A DNA stretch of 37,848 nt from Octopus sinensis (Eukaryota), in NCBI RefSeq assembly GCF_006345805.1, contig NW_021835839.1, forward strand, positions 1-37,848, in the 5' to 3' direction. Both the position numbers and the translations under genes were made by a program. Below the pieces are notes generated by a model. It was given only the letters and a program-made list of their open reading frames with translations, made no database searches and was not told where the DNA came from. Shown in pieces: positions 21,775-33,376 of this stretch (positions are counted from its first letter, which is position 1; each line of letters opens with the position of its first letter).

Positions 21775-22508
21775 AGATAATGTTCCTACATGTAAACAGC
21801 ATGTGATCTGTATGAATGCAGCGCAGATTGCAATGATATTGACAGATAAAGATAAATGGCGATTTCTGCCTGCTTTTGCGGTTGGTTGTTACATAGAGAA
21901 GATCGTTACAAAACATTAACACATCTATCAATATAAATTAAGAAAGTGTTTTTACATGTAAACAGGGTGTGACATTTGTGATGACAGTGCATTTGTCTAT
22001 AAGCAGAATAGTTCTTCACGTCAATTGGCTGAAGTGACGTGAAAGGCATGGCCATTCCTGGTATATTCGCGAGTGAGTCACTAACCGAAATAAGTGGATC
22101 TATTTTTGAACGCTCTTGCCGCAGTTTTCGTGCGCGCACAGATCGAGAACTCAGATTTGATCTTTTTTAAGAAAGTATTCCTACATGTAAACAGCGTGTG
22201 TCCTTTATGACTGAGCAGATGACCAGTGGACAGAAAAGAAAAATAAGGGATTTCAAATGATCTATTTCCCCTTGGCCGTTATATAAAAGTAAAGGGTACA
22301 AGTTAAGAAAACATCAACACAGCTATCAAAGAAAATGTTCCTACATGTAAATAGCGTGTGAATTGTATGAATGCAGGGCAGATTGCAATGCTATTGATAG
22401 ATAAATGGTGGTTTCCGTCTGCTTGTGTGGTTGGTTGTTACATGGGGTACATGGTTACAAAACATTAACACATCTATCAATATAAATTAAGAAAGTGTTC
22501 CTACATGC
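21775..22508. repeat. Degenerate ~160-bp tandem array with five anchor motifs
   Basis: aagaaagtgttcctacatgtaaacagc-like motif with acatg at 21788, 21954, 22183, 22343 and 22503; units 1 and 4 are closely similar. Confidence 0.8.
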
Positions 22509-22877
22509 TAACATCAAACTGTGAGCCCCGCATGACCTTTCTCGACCAATCACAGGCCATCTACCGGTGATACCATCTGACTTTCTCCAACTGATTTCTC
22601 ATTCAAATTCCCAGCGGCTGAGGATAAACATAACGCCATGAAACTTCAAGTACCAAGGAATTTAATAAATCAGATTGTATATAAACATAGCATGAATTAT
22701 TTTTATAAGGAAACAGCTGCCTGTGGCCTTAAAGTTTCTGGTTACTCGCTGTCATCAAATGGCTGAGATCACCGTCAACACTTCTCTCGTAAATATTATT
22801 ATGTAATCTGTTCAGCAGTGGAAGTCCTTTAGCTAATGTTCAATTCTTTTCATGCAAAACATAAAAAAGGGGTCAAA

Positions 22878-23061
22878 TGTCTTACTTATGCCATAAGGGT
22901 AATAAGGCTGGTTTTCCCGGATTCTGTGGCGTATTGACTCTAGCTGGATGGGACGCTAATCCATCGCAGGATTACTTATTTTTAGCAGCTGACTGGTCAC
23001 GAACTTAACGCATCGGCTCAGTTCAGGAATCGAAACCGCAATCTTATGATCATGTGTAAGC
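22878..23061 (-). mobile_element. Diverged tRNA-derived SINE with V-domain-like segment (related to family D)
   Basis: Minus strand ggtttcgattcc B box and cctgcgatggattagcgtcccatccag. Confidence 0.6.
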
Positions 23062-23683
23062 CAGTGTCAACGGTAGTTCCAGAAATTCCGAGTCGGAAAC
23101 TACAGCCTAGAATACGAACCTCGTCCTGGAAGATCTGTAGAGCTCGACAAAGACGTCCTACAAACCCGGTGGAACAAAATGCCATTGTAACTGTTCAGGA
23201 ACTAGCAGAGAAGCTTGGATTTGGTCATACAACCATTCATCGACCCCTGCGTGCCATCGGAAAAGTCAGCAAATTGGTTTCAAGATGAAAGGTAGTCTTC
23301 CATCAGGATAATTCTCTCGGCCACATACAGTGAATATGACATTTCAAAAGCTGGAGCAGTTTGAATGGGAAACGATGCCCCACCCACCATATTTGCCAGA
23401 CATTGCCCATCTGATTATCATTTATTCCGCAGTCTTTAAAATCATTTGAACGGAAAAAATATAAATTCTGTAGACAAGATCAGGACAGTACTAGAAGAGT
23501 ATTTTTCGTCACGGACAAGTGAATTTTGGAAGAGGAGCCTTGCAAATCTACCAGATAGATGGAAGAGCATTGTAGAAAATGAAGGAGAGTATATTTTAGA
23601 TTTAAAAAAGAACTTTTCTTTATTTTAATTTTGAAAAATGAAAGGAGTATAAAAAACCGCATTATTTATGGGATGATCAAATA
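23062..23683 (+). mobile_element. Mariner (Tc1/mariner) DNA transposon, 5'-truncated and internally deleted, right TIR retained
   Basis: CQR*FQKFRVGNYSLEYEPRPGR...VQELAEKLGFGHTTIHR (HTH region) joined to VFHQDN...HPPY.PDIAP.DYHLFRSL...W..IVENEGEYILD; terminal aaaccgcattatttatgggatgatcaaata followed by TA. Confidence 0.9.
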
Positions 23684-24604
23684 TATATCACGGTATCACT
23701 GTATCGACCAGATTATCGGATGGTGTTATACATCGCTGGTCACAATGCACTTCACACAGTTTTAACTTTCGAATGTTGCCACCTCGCTGGCTAGGCGAGC
23801 AGGCCAACACACACAAACACACACACACAACACACACATGCATATAAATATACATACATACATATCTCTTATATCTGTATCTATGTGTGTAGATGAGTGT
23901 GTGTGTGTGTGTATGTGTGTCTGCGTGTGCATACCCAACGGACTTACGTATATTTTCCTTCTATCAAATTTCACTCAACAGTTTTTGTTCGACGCGGAGC
24001 CAATAACGGAAAACCGTTTGGGTCCAATGGGATCGAACCAAGCTTCTCGACTTTGCAAATTCTAATCTCTTAACCACTCGGTCTTGCTTTTTCGCTCGGA
24101 AAGCACCAAAAGAAATAAAACACGATGTTTTCAGCAAAGAAATTTCTCATTAAATTAAATTAGTTGAATTAGTGATGCGTAGTCAGGCAGTAAGTTATTG
24201 GGTCAATGGCGGCTGGAGGTCATCGTTGATGTCTTTTATTGGGATCAGTCTCATTGACTGATGGCTGAAGAGTTATGAGTTACAGTTAGTGGTCTTGTTG
24301 TCTGGCTCTAGTTTAACCGTGAGTGAACAGCAAACATTTGCTAGCCTCGATCTCTTCGTATTCTTGTTTGTTTTGTTTTGTTTTTTCTTCAGACGGCACA
24401 GTCTCTCTTCTACTTTATTATCCAATATGTCTGCTATATTTAAAGAAAATTCGCTGTCATTTGTAAATAAATTTTTAAAAATGGCTACTATTTACAAAAG
24501 GTCATGTTTACTTTTTTATTTTTATAATATAATTAATAGCAAAGAAAGATTTCTTCGATTACGAGACGGCGATTATATAAAGTGGGGTGATGGTCGTGGT
24601 GGGA

Positions 24605-24900
24605 TATAGTCTTAATTTTAGGTCCTTCTGTACTCTCGAGCACAGTGAACAGCATGTTGACGCCAGTGGTTTCTATTGACAACATTTTTCTCTATATCTG
24701 GGCATGTGATATTGGCCCCTCTCATGTCAGTTATGAATATTTTCGGTCATATAGTTTTCGATCTTCCTCTCTTTATTCCTTCCTTCCGGACGTCTCCATT
24801 TGTAAGCTGTTTTAAAATGGCGTTGATCGCTCGAATATGTGACCTGCTCGTTTTAATCTTTATTCTGGGATGACTTCGCGAAGTGGGACAATAGATTACA
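24605..24900 (-). pseudogene. RTE-clade LINE 3' relic
   Basis: With frameshifts translates PLREVIPE*RLKRAGHIFE...KRGRSKTI...FITDMRGANIT.PDIEK..VNRNHWRQ.AVHCAREYRRT*, matching the RTE C-terminal RL.WAGH...RGRP...DR..WR pattern. Confidence 0.6.
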
Positions 24901-25105
24901 TTAATCATGCTGTAGAGCACGATTTTTGACTTGGTCAGCAACTGTTATTTCCTATTTGCTTATCCTTAGAAAATAAGAAAAATGGCTGATATTTCCTTCA
25001 AACTTCGCTTTCCTCAAACTTGTCTCTCCTTGGACAACTAAAAGTAAACTGGACTGTTGAGCTAACGATCCCTGTATTTACACTGCTATCTATGTTGCCA
25101 AAACG

Positions 25106-25158
25106 TTCCAGAAATTCTTGAAACTTTTAGAAACTTCTAGGAAGTTTTAGAAAAATTC
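25106..25158. promoter_or_regulatory. Heat-shock-element-like array of alternating nTTCn/nGAAn pentamers
   Basis: From 25115: TTC tt GAA ac TTT ta GAA ac TTC ta GGA ag TTT ta GAA, eight in-phase units, five perfect. Confidence 0.35.
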
Positions 25159-25631
25159 TGCTTCGGCAACTCAAAACTGAATCTGTCTGAGATGCAATGG
25201 AAAATAGATAAGTTTCAAATTATTGGTGCCCAGGTCACAAAAGCAAAGTTTGAAGGGGATAGTAGTCATTTCCTTTGATTTCGAGATAGAAGCAAATAGG
25301 AAAAAACACTTACAGACCAAAGAAGACAAAAAAGAAAAATTTTGTTACACAGTGTTATTGGTTCTTATCTTATTCCCCAACAGAAAGTAGAGGCGCCACC
25401 GTGGGATTTGAATTCAAAAGTCGACGAAATACCACTGAGTATTGTGTCTCGTATCGCTTCCAATCCTGCCAAGCAAATGAATATACAAAATATAAAAATA
25501 CTACTCAGAAAAAAAGCCACAAGAAAAAAATTTGAGAAAAAGTCATGGCTTAAATACAAGCATCTCTAAACCATATCAATCAAGGAAACCATGTATATTT
25601 CAATGAAAACTCAAGCCTCCTTTCAACAATT

Positions 25632-25752
25632 ATATGGTGCTAATTTCATAAATCCAGGAAAAGTGAACAGCAAAGTCGACCCAGGAGGAATTTGAACTCA
25701 GATCAAGCTGTTTTCCCGACGTTGTTAACGATTCTGCCAGGTCGCAGCAGCC
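25632..25752 (-). mobile_element. SINE family B, diverged partial copy
   Basis: gcaaagtcgacccaggaggaatttgaactcag...aacgattctgccag. Confidence 0.65.
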
Positions 25753-25861
25753 AATAATAACAGCCAATATTAACTGAAAATTATAGAAGTTCTCATTCGA
25801 CATCATATTTTTCAAAGCCACATTTATTAAAATGCTGGACTAACAAAAAGAGCTTTACTCC

Positions 25862-25958
25862 TGCGCAGCGCCTTGGACAAGTGTCAACTACGATATCCTC
25901 TGACCAACCAAATCCTTGTGAGTAGATTTAGTAGGCGGAAAATGGAAGAGGCCCGCCG
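25862..25958 (+). mobile_element. SINE family A fragment
   Basis: ccttggacaagtgtc...ccttgtgagtagatttagtaggcggaaa. Confidence 0.6.
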
Positions 25959-26004
25959 CGCGAGAGCACACACACGCGCACACACACACACACGTACATA
26001 TATT

Positions 26005-26144
26005 GAAGCAGACGTAGCTGAGTAGTAAGAAGCTTGCTTCCCAACCATAGGGTTCCATGTTCAGTCCCATTGCATGGCACTTTGGGCGGTCAACGATAGT
26101 CTCGTTAGTGAATTTGGTAGACGGAAACTGAAAGAAACCCGTCG

Positions 26145-26209
<65 letters not shown>

Positions 26210-26565
26210 GTGTGCATGCATTTATGTATGCGCGTGTGCGTGTGCATGTGTATATATATATATATAAATACATATTTATATGTATATGTATATACATATA
26301 TATGTGTGCGACTTTTTGTTTGTGTCTGAGTTTGTGTGTGTGTGTGACTTTGTGTTTGTGTTTGTCCCCCACCACTGCTTGGAAACCGGTGTCGGTGTTT
26401 TTACGTCCTCGTAACTTAGCGGTTTGGCAAATGACCGGGAGAATAAGCATCAGGCATAAAAATAAAATAAAAAGAAGTACCAGTATTGATTGGTTCAACT
26501 GAACCTTTCAAAGCGGTGCCCCAGCTTGGCCGTTGTCTAATGACTGAGGTAAGCGAAAGAGAAAT
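26005..26565 (+). mobile_element. SINE family A, full length
   Basis: Head, gaaacccgtcg, internal (AT)n(GT)n, 3' gcggtgccccagcttggcc. Confidence 0.85.
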
Positions 26566-27035
26566 ATGGAAGTTCACACGAAAGACATAGGAATTTTCTT
26601 TCACAAACGAATGCAACTTCAAATATATAACAAGTAACTTCCTGTCCTCGATGGACAAACTTTGACAATGGCCACACAAGTGACAGAAGACTTTCAATTA
26701 AACCAGGAAGAATAATGCCTAGAATTGCTTAGAGAATATTGAATCTCAAATCACTTCTCAAAGTGCTTCAGAATTCTTGCATAGATGCAAGTACCAACAT
26801 GGCGGAGTAAAAGAAAATGCTTGTCAAAGAGTGCGCTACATTCACGATGACTGATGGCATTGAAATAGCTCTGTGAAAGGATTACCCGGATCACTATTAA
26901 AAGCTAAATATACACAGCATAGGTATTCCTTTGTTTTAGAGAAGCAAATCGATTCCTTCCTCACCTAATACATCTGGAAACTGAAATGTCGAGTATAAAA
27001 CTGAAATGTATGTATATACGCACATATATACATAC

Positions 27036-27100
27036 ATGAAGGCGTTTGGGCTCCTTCGGTTAGAGTTGGACTCCCGATCGCAGTCAAGGTTTCAATTCCT
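27036..27100 (+). mobile_element. Truncated tRNA-like SINE head (family C-like)
   Basis: tgaaggcg...ggttagag...ggtttcaattcc resembles the head at 27560-27625. Confidence 0.45.
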
Positions 27101-27114
27101 AGACTATATATATA

Positions 27115-27115
<1 letters not shown>

Positions 27116-27184
<69 letters not shown>

Positions 27185-27215
27185 ACTACTACTACTACTA
27201 CTACTGCTGCTGCTG

Positions 27216-27248
<33 letters not shown>

Positions 27249-27274
27249 TTCTACTACTGCTGCTGCTGCTGCTG

Positions 27275-27317
<43 letters not shown>

Positions 27318-27330
27318 CACTACTACTACT
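27116..27330. repeat. (CTA)n/(CTG)n trinucleotide tract at the 3' tail of a family C SINE
   Basis: Direct inspection; abuts the SINE end at 27331. Confidence 0.9.
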
Positions 27331-27625
27331 TCTGGCACTCCGTCGGTCACGACGATGAGAGTTCCAGCTGATCCGATCAATGGAACAGCCTGCTCGCGAA
27401 ATTAACGAGCATGTGGCTGAGTACTCCACAGACACGCGTACCCATAACGTCGTTCTCGGGGAGATTCGGCATGACACAGACTGTGACAAGGTTGGCCCCT
27501 TTCAAATACAACTGAGTGAACTGAAGCAACGTGAAATAAAGTTCAATTTCTCGTCCCTGTGAATGGATCTCATGACCCTAGGATCGTGAGCCAAATACAC
27601 TAACCACCTAGCCACGCGCCTTCAC
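27331..27625 (-). mobile_element. SINE family C (tRNA head, CORE-like segment, distinct 3' tail)
   Basis: Minus strand gtgaaggcgcgtggctaggtggttag head; cacgttgcttcagttcactcag; tail ending gaccgacggagtgccaga. Confidence 0.7.
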
Positions 27626-27688
27626 CCACATACATATATACATACATACATACACTCACATACATACATACATACATACATACATACA

Positions 27689-27720
<32 letters not shown>

Positions 27721-27736
27721 CATATACACATATATA

Positions 27737-27870
27737 AAAAAGTTATTTTATTCCACACGGGTAGAAACAGAGGAAAAATAGAAGTTCAAAATGCACTGAG
27801 AATAGTTAAAATATTTTTTATTAATATATTTAAAGCTCTAACCGGTTTCACAGTTACACTGATGTTCAAA
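27737..27870 (-). mobile_element. Possible Penelope-like 3' fragment with a partial hammerhead
   Basis: Minus strand cag-tgtaa-ctg-t-gaaa-ccgg-tt; 3' end abuts tatata and the (ATAC)n tract. Confidence 0.4.
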
Positions 27871-28206
27871 AATTTGAAATAGAAAAACCTGGCTTATGCC
27901 GCAGCTGTCTTGCTTCTGACTAGTGTTTGAAGCTTGCCCTACTTTTATGGGGAGTTCATGGCTCAAGTTAGTATATGTTTTGAATAGAATTTGATTGGTA
28001 GAGGATAGTCACATGACTGGTCTCGGAAATTTTTGTAGGTTCCGCGCTACGTCCGTGTGTTAGTATCAACTAACAATGTTTAGCGTAAGTTAATGTTGTA
28101 TGGAATCCAGTCGTATATGTATATGCATACATACATACTGCATACATACATATATATTTATATTTGTGTGTTTGTGCGTGCGTGCGTGTGTGTGTGTGTG
28201 TGTGTG

Positions 28207-28243
<37 letters not shown>

Positions 28244-28581
28244 TGTGTTAGTCTCCACCACAGCTGTCCGTGTAACTTAGTAATTCGCTAAAAGTGGTAC
28301 GATTAAATATTTCTCGTGTCAATTCAAATATCATCGGAAAGAAAGGAATGAATTTCTCTGACAATCAAATAGAATTAAGCTAGTTACGACACCATATATG
28401 GGAAAACAACCGACCTGATCACGGAAAAAGTAAACGCATATTGTTCATCTACACGAAGCGAACGTTTCAACGTTTTGCACAAGGATATAACTTTGTGCTT
28501 GAGTTACGGTCATTCTTCCTGTCTGAAGGCCGTCGCTACCTGCAAAGTCTCTGGCAGACCATGATCGTTTGTGGCCAGACT

Positions 28582-28642
28582 GATTTCCTATTGAACGAAA
28601 TATATTCACAGCCTGTGAATATATTTTGTTCAATAGAAAATC
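28582..28642. repeat. 61-bp near-perfect palindrome
   Basis: gatttcctattgaacgaaatatattcacag-c-ctgtgaatatattttgttcaatagaaaatc; 30-bp arms, 2 mismatches. Confidence 0.9.
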
Positions 28643-29103
28643 GCTGTTTGTGTCAATAATAACGTTTTATCTTCTGGTTTTAAATACATGGTACGTTGAA
28701 TTCTATGCGCAAAATGAAAATTAAAGCACATTCAAATAAAAGATTATTTCAATATAAAACTATTAGGCTTCTCTTGAATATTTAATGGAGAACTTAAATA
28801 ATAGTTTTATTTTGCGTCCGTTTGTTTCATAGCCGAATTATACAAATTTCAAAGATTTCTACACTGGTTCTAAACTTATTACAACGTCTCTATACACGCA
28901 TACATACGTAAATACATCCTCCCTCCTCTACCCCCTCTCTCTCTTCTCTCTCTCTTCTCTCTCTCTCTCTCTCTCGCTCCCTCACACGCAGATATGTATA
29001 TACATGCATGTAAATATATATTCATGTGTCTACTTATATATAAATACACACTCACGTTTACACTCATAAATATAGATACTCTTTCTAATTCTGCTCTGTT
29101 ACA

Positions 29104-29255
29104 TCGTTCCCAGTGTTCAGCTGGTATCTATTTTATCGACCACTAAAGGATGAACTGCAAAGTCGACCGCGGCAGCATTTGCACCGAGAACGTAAAGAAC
29201 CGAATAAACACCGCTATACATTTTGTCCGGTGCGGTAACGATTCTACAAGTTACA
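29104..29255 (-). mobile_element. SINE family B, diverged partial copy
   Basis: ttttatcgaccactaaaggatgaactgcaaagtcgacc...aacgattctac. Confidence 0.65.
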
Positions 29256-29335
29256 CACACTTAGACATGCACGCATACATGCATACACACACATACATAA
29301 TACATAGATGCATAATACATACATACATACATACA

Positions 29336-29363
<28 letters not shown>

Positions 29364-29367
<4 letters not shown>

Positions 29368-29699
29368 GAACTATTGAGAAATTTGCGGTTACTCTATCGA
29401 AATTGAAAGTTCAGGTTTACACCTGTAATTATTGAGGCACTGCAATTTGTAACATACTGCCTAAATGCTAATTCTGAGAAATCAGGCTTCTCAGAGTCGG
29501 AAAGGGGAAAGCTGATTCGAAGACTACAGATCCAGTACATTACTGAAACTGTAAACATCTGTAAAACTTTCCAGAGGTTTATCATTTAAGTATATATGAA
29601 CATGTCTGGACACGCAACTATTTGCGTGTGAATGCATACAAAAAACAAAACAGACAAATCTTCACACATGCATACATACATACATGCATATATACAAAC

Positions 29700-29790
<91 letters not shown>

Positions 29791-29933
29791 CATACATACA
29801 TACATACATACATACGTACATACATACAAAAATATTATGTTGTTTATGTTGGAATTCCAGTGAAGGAGCCTTGGAGCTGGTTTTGAGACCGGCTCTTTCT
29901 CCATTGGCAAGAAATCTTAAAATAAAACTGAAT
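29364..29933 (+). mobile_element. 3' end of an R4/Dong-like (RLE) non-LTR retrotransposon inside (ATAC)n
   Basis: Open frame 29410-29589 FRFTPVIIEALQFVTYCLNANSEKSGFSESERGKLIRRLQIQYITETVNICKTFQRFII* resembles the RLE C-terminus (P.V.GA.G...LQ....T..I...F); 3' UTR with internal microsatellite; AATAAA at 29921-29926; ATAC repeats on both sides. Confidence 0.55.
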
Positions 29934-30293
29934 ACATACATGCATTATATATAGTAAATCAAAAATAACACCCGGCGCTTTGAGAGAGTATTCTCCACCA
30001 CGCCACACCGCAGCCTACCAGCAAATCCATGTTCTTTGTGCATGAAGTATACGTGGTCAGTAATGTTTATTACACTGGCGCTGCTTCTATTTCATATTTA
30101 AAGAGTAATGGTTTATAGTTTGATGTTTTGGTTGTTTGTTGTTTTGTATAGTGCATAAATCCTCCATTTCTTTCGGGTGCATGGTGAGCCGGTGAGAAAG
30201 TGTTGTCCTTGTATCGCCAGTACAACACTTTCAGTTATGAAACTTATATGTTTCACGCATGCAATCGTATTTAATAAATCACATTGGTCATAT

Positions 30294-30750
30294 AGGTCCA
30301 GGCATGGCCGAGTGGTTAAGAAGTTCGCTTTGCAACTAGGTAATATCAGGTTCAGTCTCACAGCGCGGCACCATGGGTAAGAGTTTTCTATTATAACTGC
30401 GAGACGATCAAAGCCCCTGTGAGTGAACTTGGTTGACGGAAACTGTGTGGAAGCTCATCGTTTGTGTGTATGTGTGTGTGTGTGTGTGTGTGTGTTTATC
30501 TCCACCACCGCTTGACAATGGGTGTTGATTTCTTTATGTCCCGTAACCTAGCGGTTCGGTTAAAGACACTGACAGAATAAGTAGCAGACTTGCTAAAAAA
30601 GTCATTACAGAAGCGGATTTGTTCGCCAAAATCTTTCAAGGTGGCACCATAGCATGGATGCAGTCTAATGAATGAAACAAGCAAAACGGTGGTGCTCCAG
30701 TATGACCGCAGCCAAGAATGGCTGAAACGAATAAAAGAATAAAAGAATAA
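30294..30750 (+). mobile_element. SINE family A, full length with duplicated 3' terminus
   Basis: A box tggccgagtgg; short internal (GT)n; two consecutive ggtg(gca/ctc)c..agcatg...tgaaac ends (~30640 and ~30690); (AAAAGAAT)n tail. Confidence 0.8.
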
Positions 30751-31617
30751 TTGTAGTTGCTATTGACAAAAAGTTTTTAATGTTAGCTCTTCCGTATATC
30801 ACCCGTGTTACTTTAGTGTTCAGCGTAATGCATTCCTGTCGTCTGTTTTATGACGTTTTTTGTTGATGCGATCGTCTGTTTTATAGTGAAAATATGCATT
30901 GACTTTGTCAGTGACTTTATATGTAGTTTGCGTATTTCAAATAGGTCCAGTGTCTAACAATCTTGTTACAGTGTCTTTATGACTATTGTTCTATGAATTA
31001 GACCATTAGATTATTAGGATTAAACGTCGTTGGTTAATGTCTGTTTCCTGCGTGGATTTCCTTATCCAGTGCTTTGTTTGTGGAGGACAAATTTACACGT
31101 TCTCCTAAGTAGAGATTTTTATCACTGACATTTTTATATCTGAATATTCGCTGTCTCTGTATAAGTTTATACATCGATTTGTATCTTTGGTTTAATAAAC
31201 GGACATGATGTTATTATCCATGTGAAATGTTTATGTCTTTCTTTGGACACAACAGACAACAAAATGAAATAAAGACTAACATACATGCGTATCCGGAATG
31301 TCGACAAGTTTTACGTCGTCATAAATATTCAGGAAGGATGTCGAGAAATTAAAGAATGACCTAAAGTATAACCATAACAGGAACAAAGCTCCTAGCACTA
31401 CAACGACTCCATATTTAAGTATGACGTATATTATTGAAGGCACAAACGGTGATTCGTTGAACTGATGTCGCAGAAACAACAGATTTATTGTATTGTTTTC
31501 TATTGGTCGATCCGATAATTTATGAGAGATGCAATAATAAACAACTGCCATTGCTTCTTAACCATACAGTCACACACGCATATCTATCCATCTTATCTAT
31601 CCATCTTATCTGTCTAC

Positions 31618-31665
<48 letters not shown>

Positions 31666-31666
31666 A

Positions 31667-31733
<67 letters not shown>

Positions 31734-31764
31734 ATATATATATATTATATATATATATTATATA

Positions 31765-31832
<68 letters not shown>

Positions 31833-31834
31833 AT

Positions 31835-32032
31835 AGTTAATCCAAACACGAGAAACGACGCGACGACGTGGGATAAGTACAGTGTTATTGGACGCTCTGG
31901 AAAGGAAAGAAAAGATAGAGGATTCCACGTTTCGAGCGGAGCTCTTCGTCAGAAATATAGAAAAAGTCCAAAGAAGGGAAGACGGAGAAAGAAAATCGCC
32001 AACGATACACACGCGGTCACATATTGAAATGA
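31835..32032 (-). mobile_element. Penelope-like 3' fragment with hammerhead-like motif, ending in (TA)n
   Basis: Minus strand CTGACGA-A-GAGC-TCC-GCTC-GAAA-CG-TG (31925-31952); 3' end abuts the (TA)n tract. Confidence 0.55.
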
Positions 32033-32284
32033 CCGGAAGGGAATGGGTGAAGATATATGCAAACGTTAATGTCGAACAGTGAGAATGGTGAAATATGCTT
32101 TATTGCAAGCTGGCCAAGCTTCCATTTGTTTCGCGGACCAATTTAATACAAGACAACAAGAACAAGTCGAACAAATTGTATGTTTGAAAACAAGAACAAA
32201 GATAAAAATATAAAATAAAAAAACAATCATATGAACAACAAAGAAATAGAAATTCAAAACAAAATATTAATATAAACAATAACA

Positions 32285-32329
32285 AATGGCGGTGCCCCAG
32301 CATGGCCACAGCTCATAAGCTGAAACTAG

Positions 32330-32362
<33 letters not shown>
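32285..32362 (+). mobile_element. SINE family A-like 3' end with (AATC)n tail
   Basis: ggcggtgccccagcatggccacag...ctgaaac followed by (AATC)n. Confidence 0.6.
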
Positions 32363-32363
<1 letters not shown>

Positions 32364-32867
32364 CAAAAACAAAGGCAAATCACAAATTCTGTGCCATAGT
32401 GTTGAGATGTGGAAATAATTCCTTGAACGTGATAAGGAGAAATTTGCATGTCTCCGCTGGCTTTCTTTTTCCTGAGTCGAAAGATGGCTTGTAACGGAAC
32501 AATCTCGTTTCAATCTCTTTGATAGCCAATATTGATTTCTTACATTGCTACAAGGAATTAAATTCCAAGGAGGGGGTAAGAGTTGGTTTTATCAATCCTA
32601 GTAGTTAACTTGTAATGTGGTACATAGTCTATCAGTCTTCTTTTGCTGAACTGCTAAGATGCAGGAAGTAAACATACCAATACCAGTTCTTAAGAAATGG
32701 TAGTGGTTGTGGTGCCGGTGGGACCAAACAGAAAGACACACGCGTGCATCCTATTGCTTTCCTTCTATGAAATTCACTTACAAAGCATTGGTTAGTAAAT
32801 AGATTTGAGAAGTAGTCTCACATATCAGTGATATCACCGCTGTTTTGTTATCGTTTTGATCATTCAT

Positions 32868-33112
32868 ATACTCTTTTACTCTTTTACTTGTTTCAGTCAT
32901 TTGACTGTGGCCATGCTGGGGCACCGCCTTTAGTCGAACAAATCGACCCCAGGACTTATTCTTTGTAAGCCTCACACTTATTCTATCATTCTCTTTTGCC
33001 GAACCGCTAAAGTACAGAGACGTAAACACACCAGCTTCGGTTGTCAAACGATTTTGGGGGGTGGGAGACAAACACAGACACACAAACACACACACACACA
33101 CATACATATATA
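32868..33112 (-). mobile_element. SINE family A 3' half (left arm of inverted pair)
   Basis: Reverse complement of 33130-33368. Confidence 0.85.
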
Positions 33113-33113
33113 T

Positions 33114-33368
33114 CAGAAGCCCGTCGTATATATGTATATGTATATATATGTGTGTGTGTTTGTGTGTCTGTGTTTGTCCTCCCAACATCGCTTGACAACC
33201 GATGCTGGTGTGTTTACGTCCCTGTAACTTAGCGGTTCGGTAAAAGAGACCGATAGAATAAGTACTAATGCTTACAAAGAATAAGTCCTGGGGTCGATTT
33301 GCTCGACTAAAGGCGGTGCTCCAGCATGGCCACAGTCAAATGACTGAAACAAGTAAAAGAGTAAAGAG
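33114..33368 (+). mobile_element. SINE family A 3' half (right arm of inverted pair)
   Basis: agaagcccgtcg, microsatellite, 3' end and (AAAAGAGT)n tail. Confidence 0.85.
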
Positions 33369-33376
33369 AGAGGAAA

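Noticed and set aside
21775-22508. CRISPR-like repeat-spacer array
   Set aside because: Eukaryotic context, long degenerate units with homologous interiors, and no cas genes.
23690-23815. Segment after the mariner TIR that looks like the end of another interspersed repeat
   Set aside because: No second copy in the window and no diagnostic motif.
30790-31250. Possible Penelope RT-to-endonuclease linker relic on the minus strand (PTTFNPNN)
   Set aside because: A single short motif amid many stops; needs blastx.
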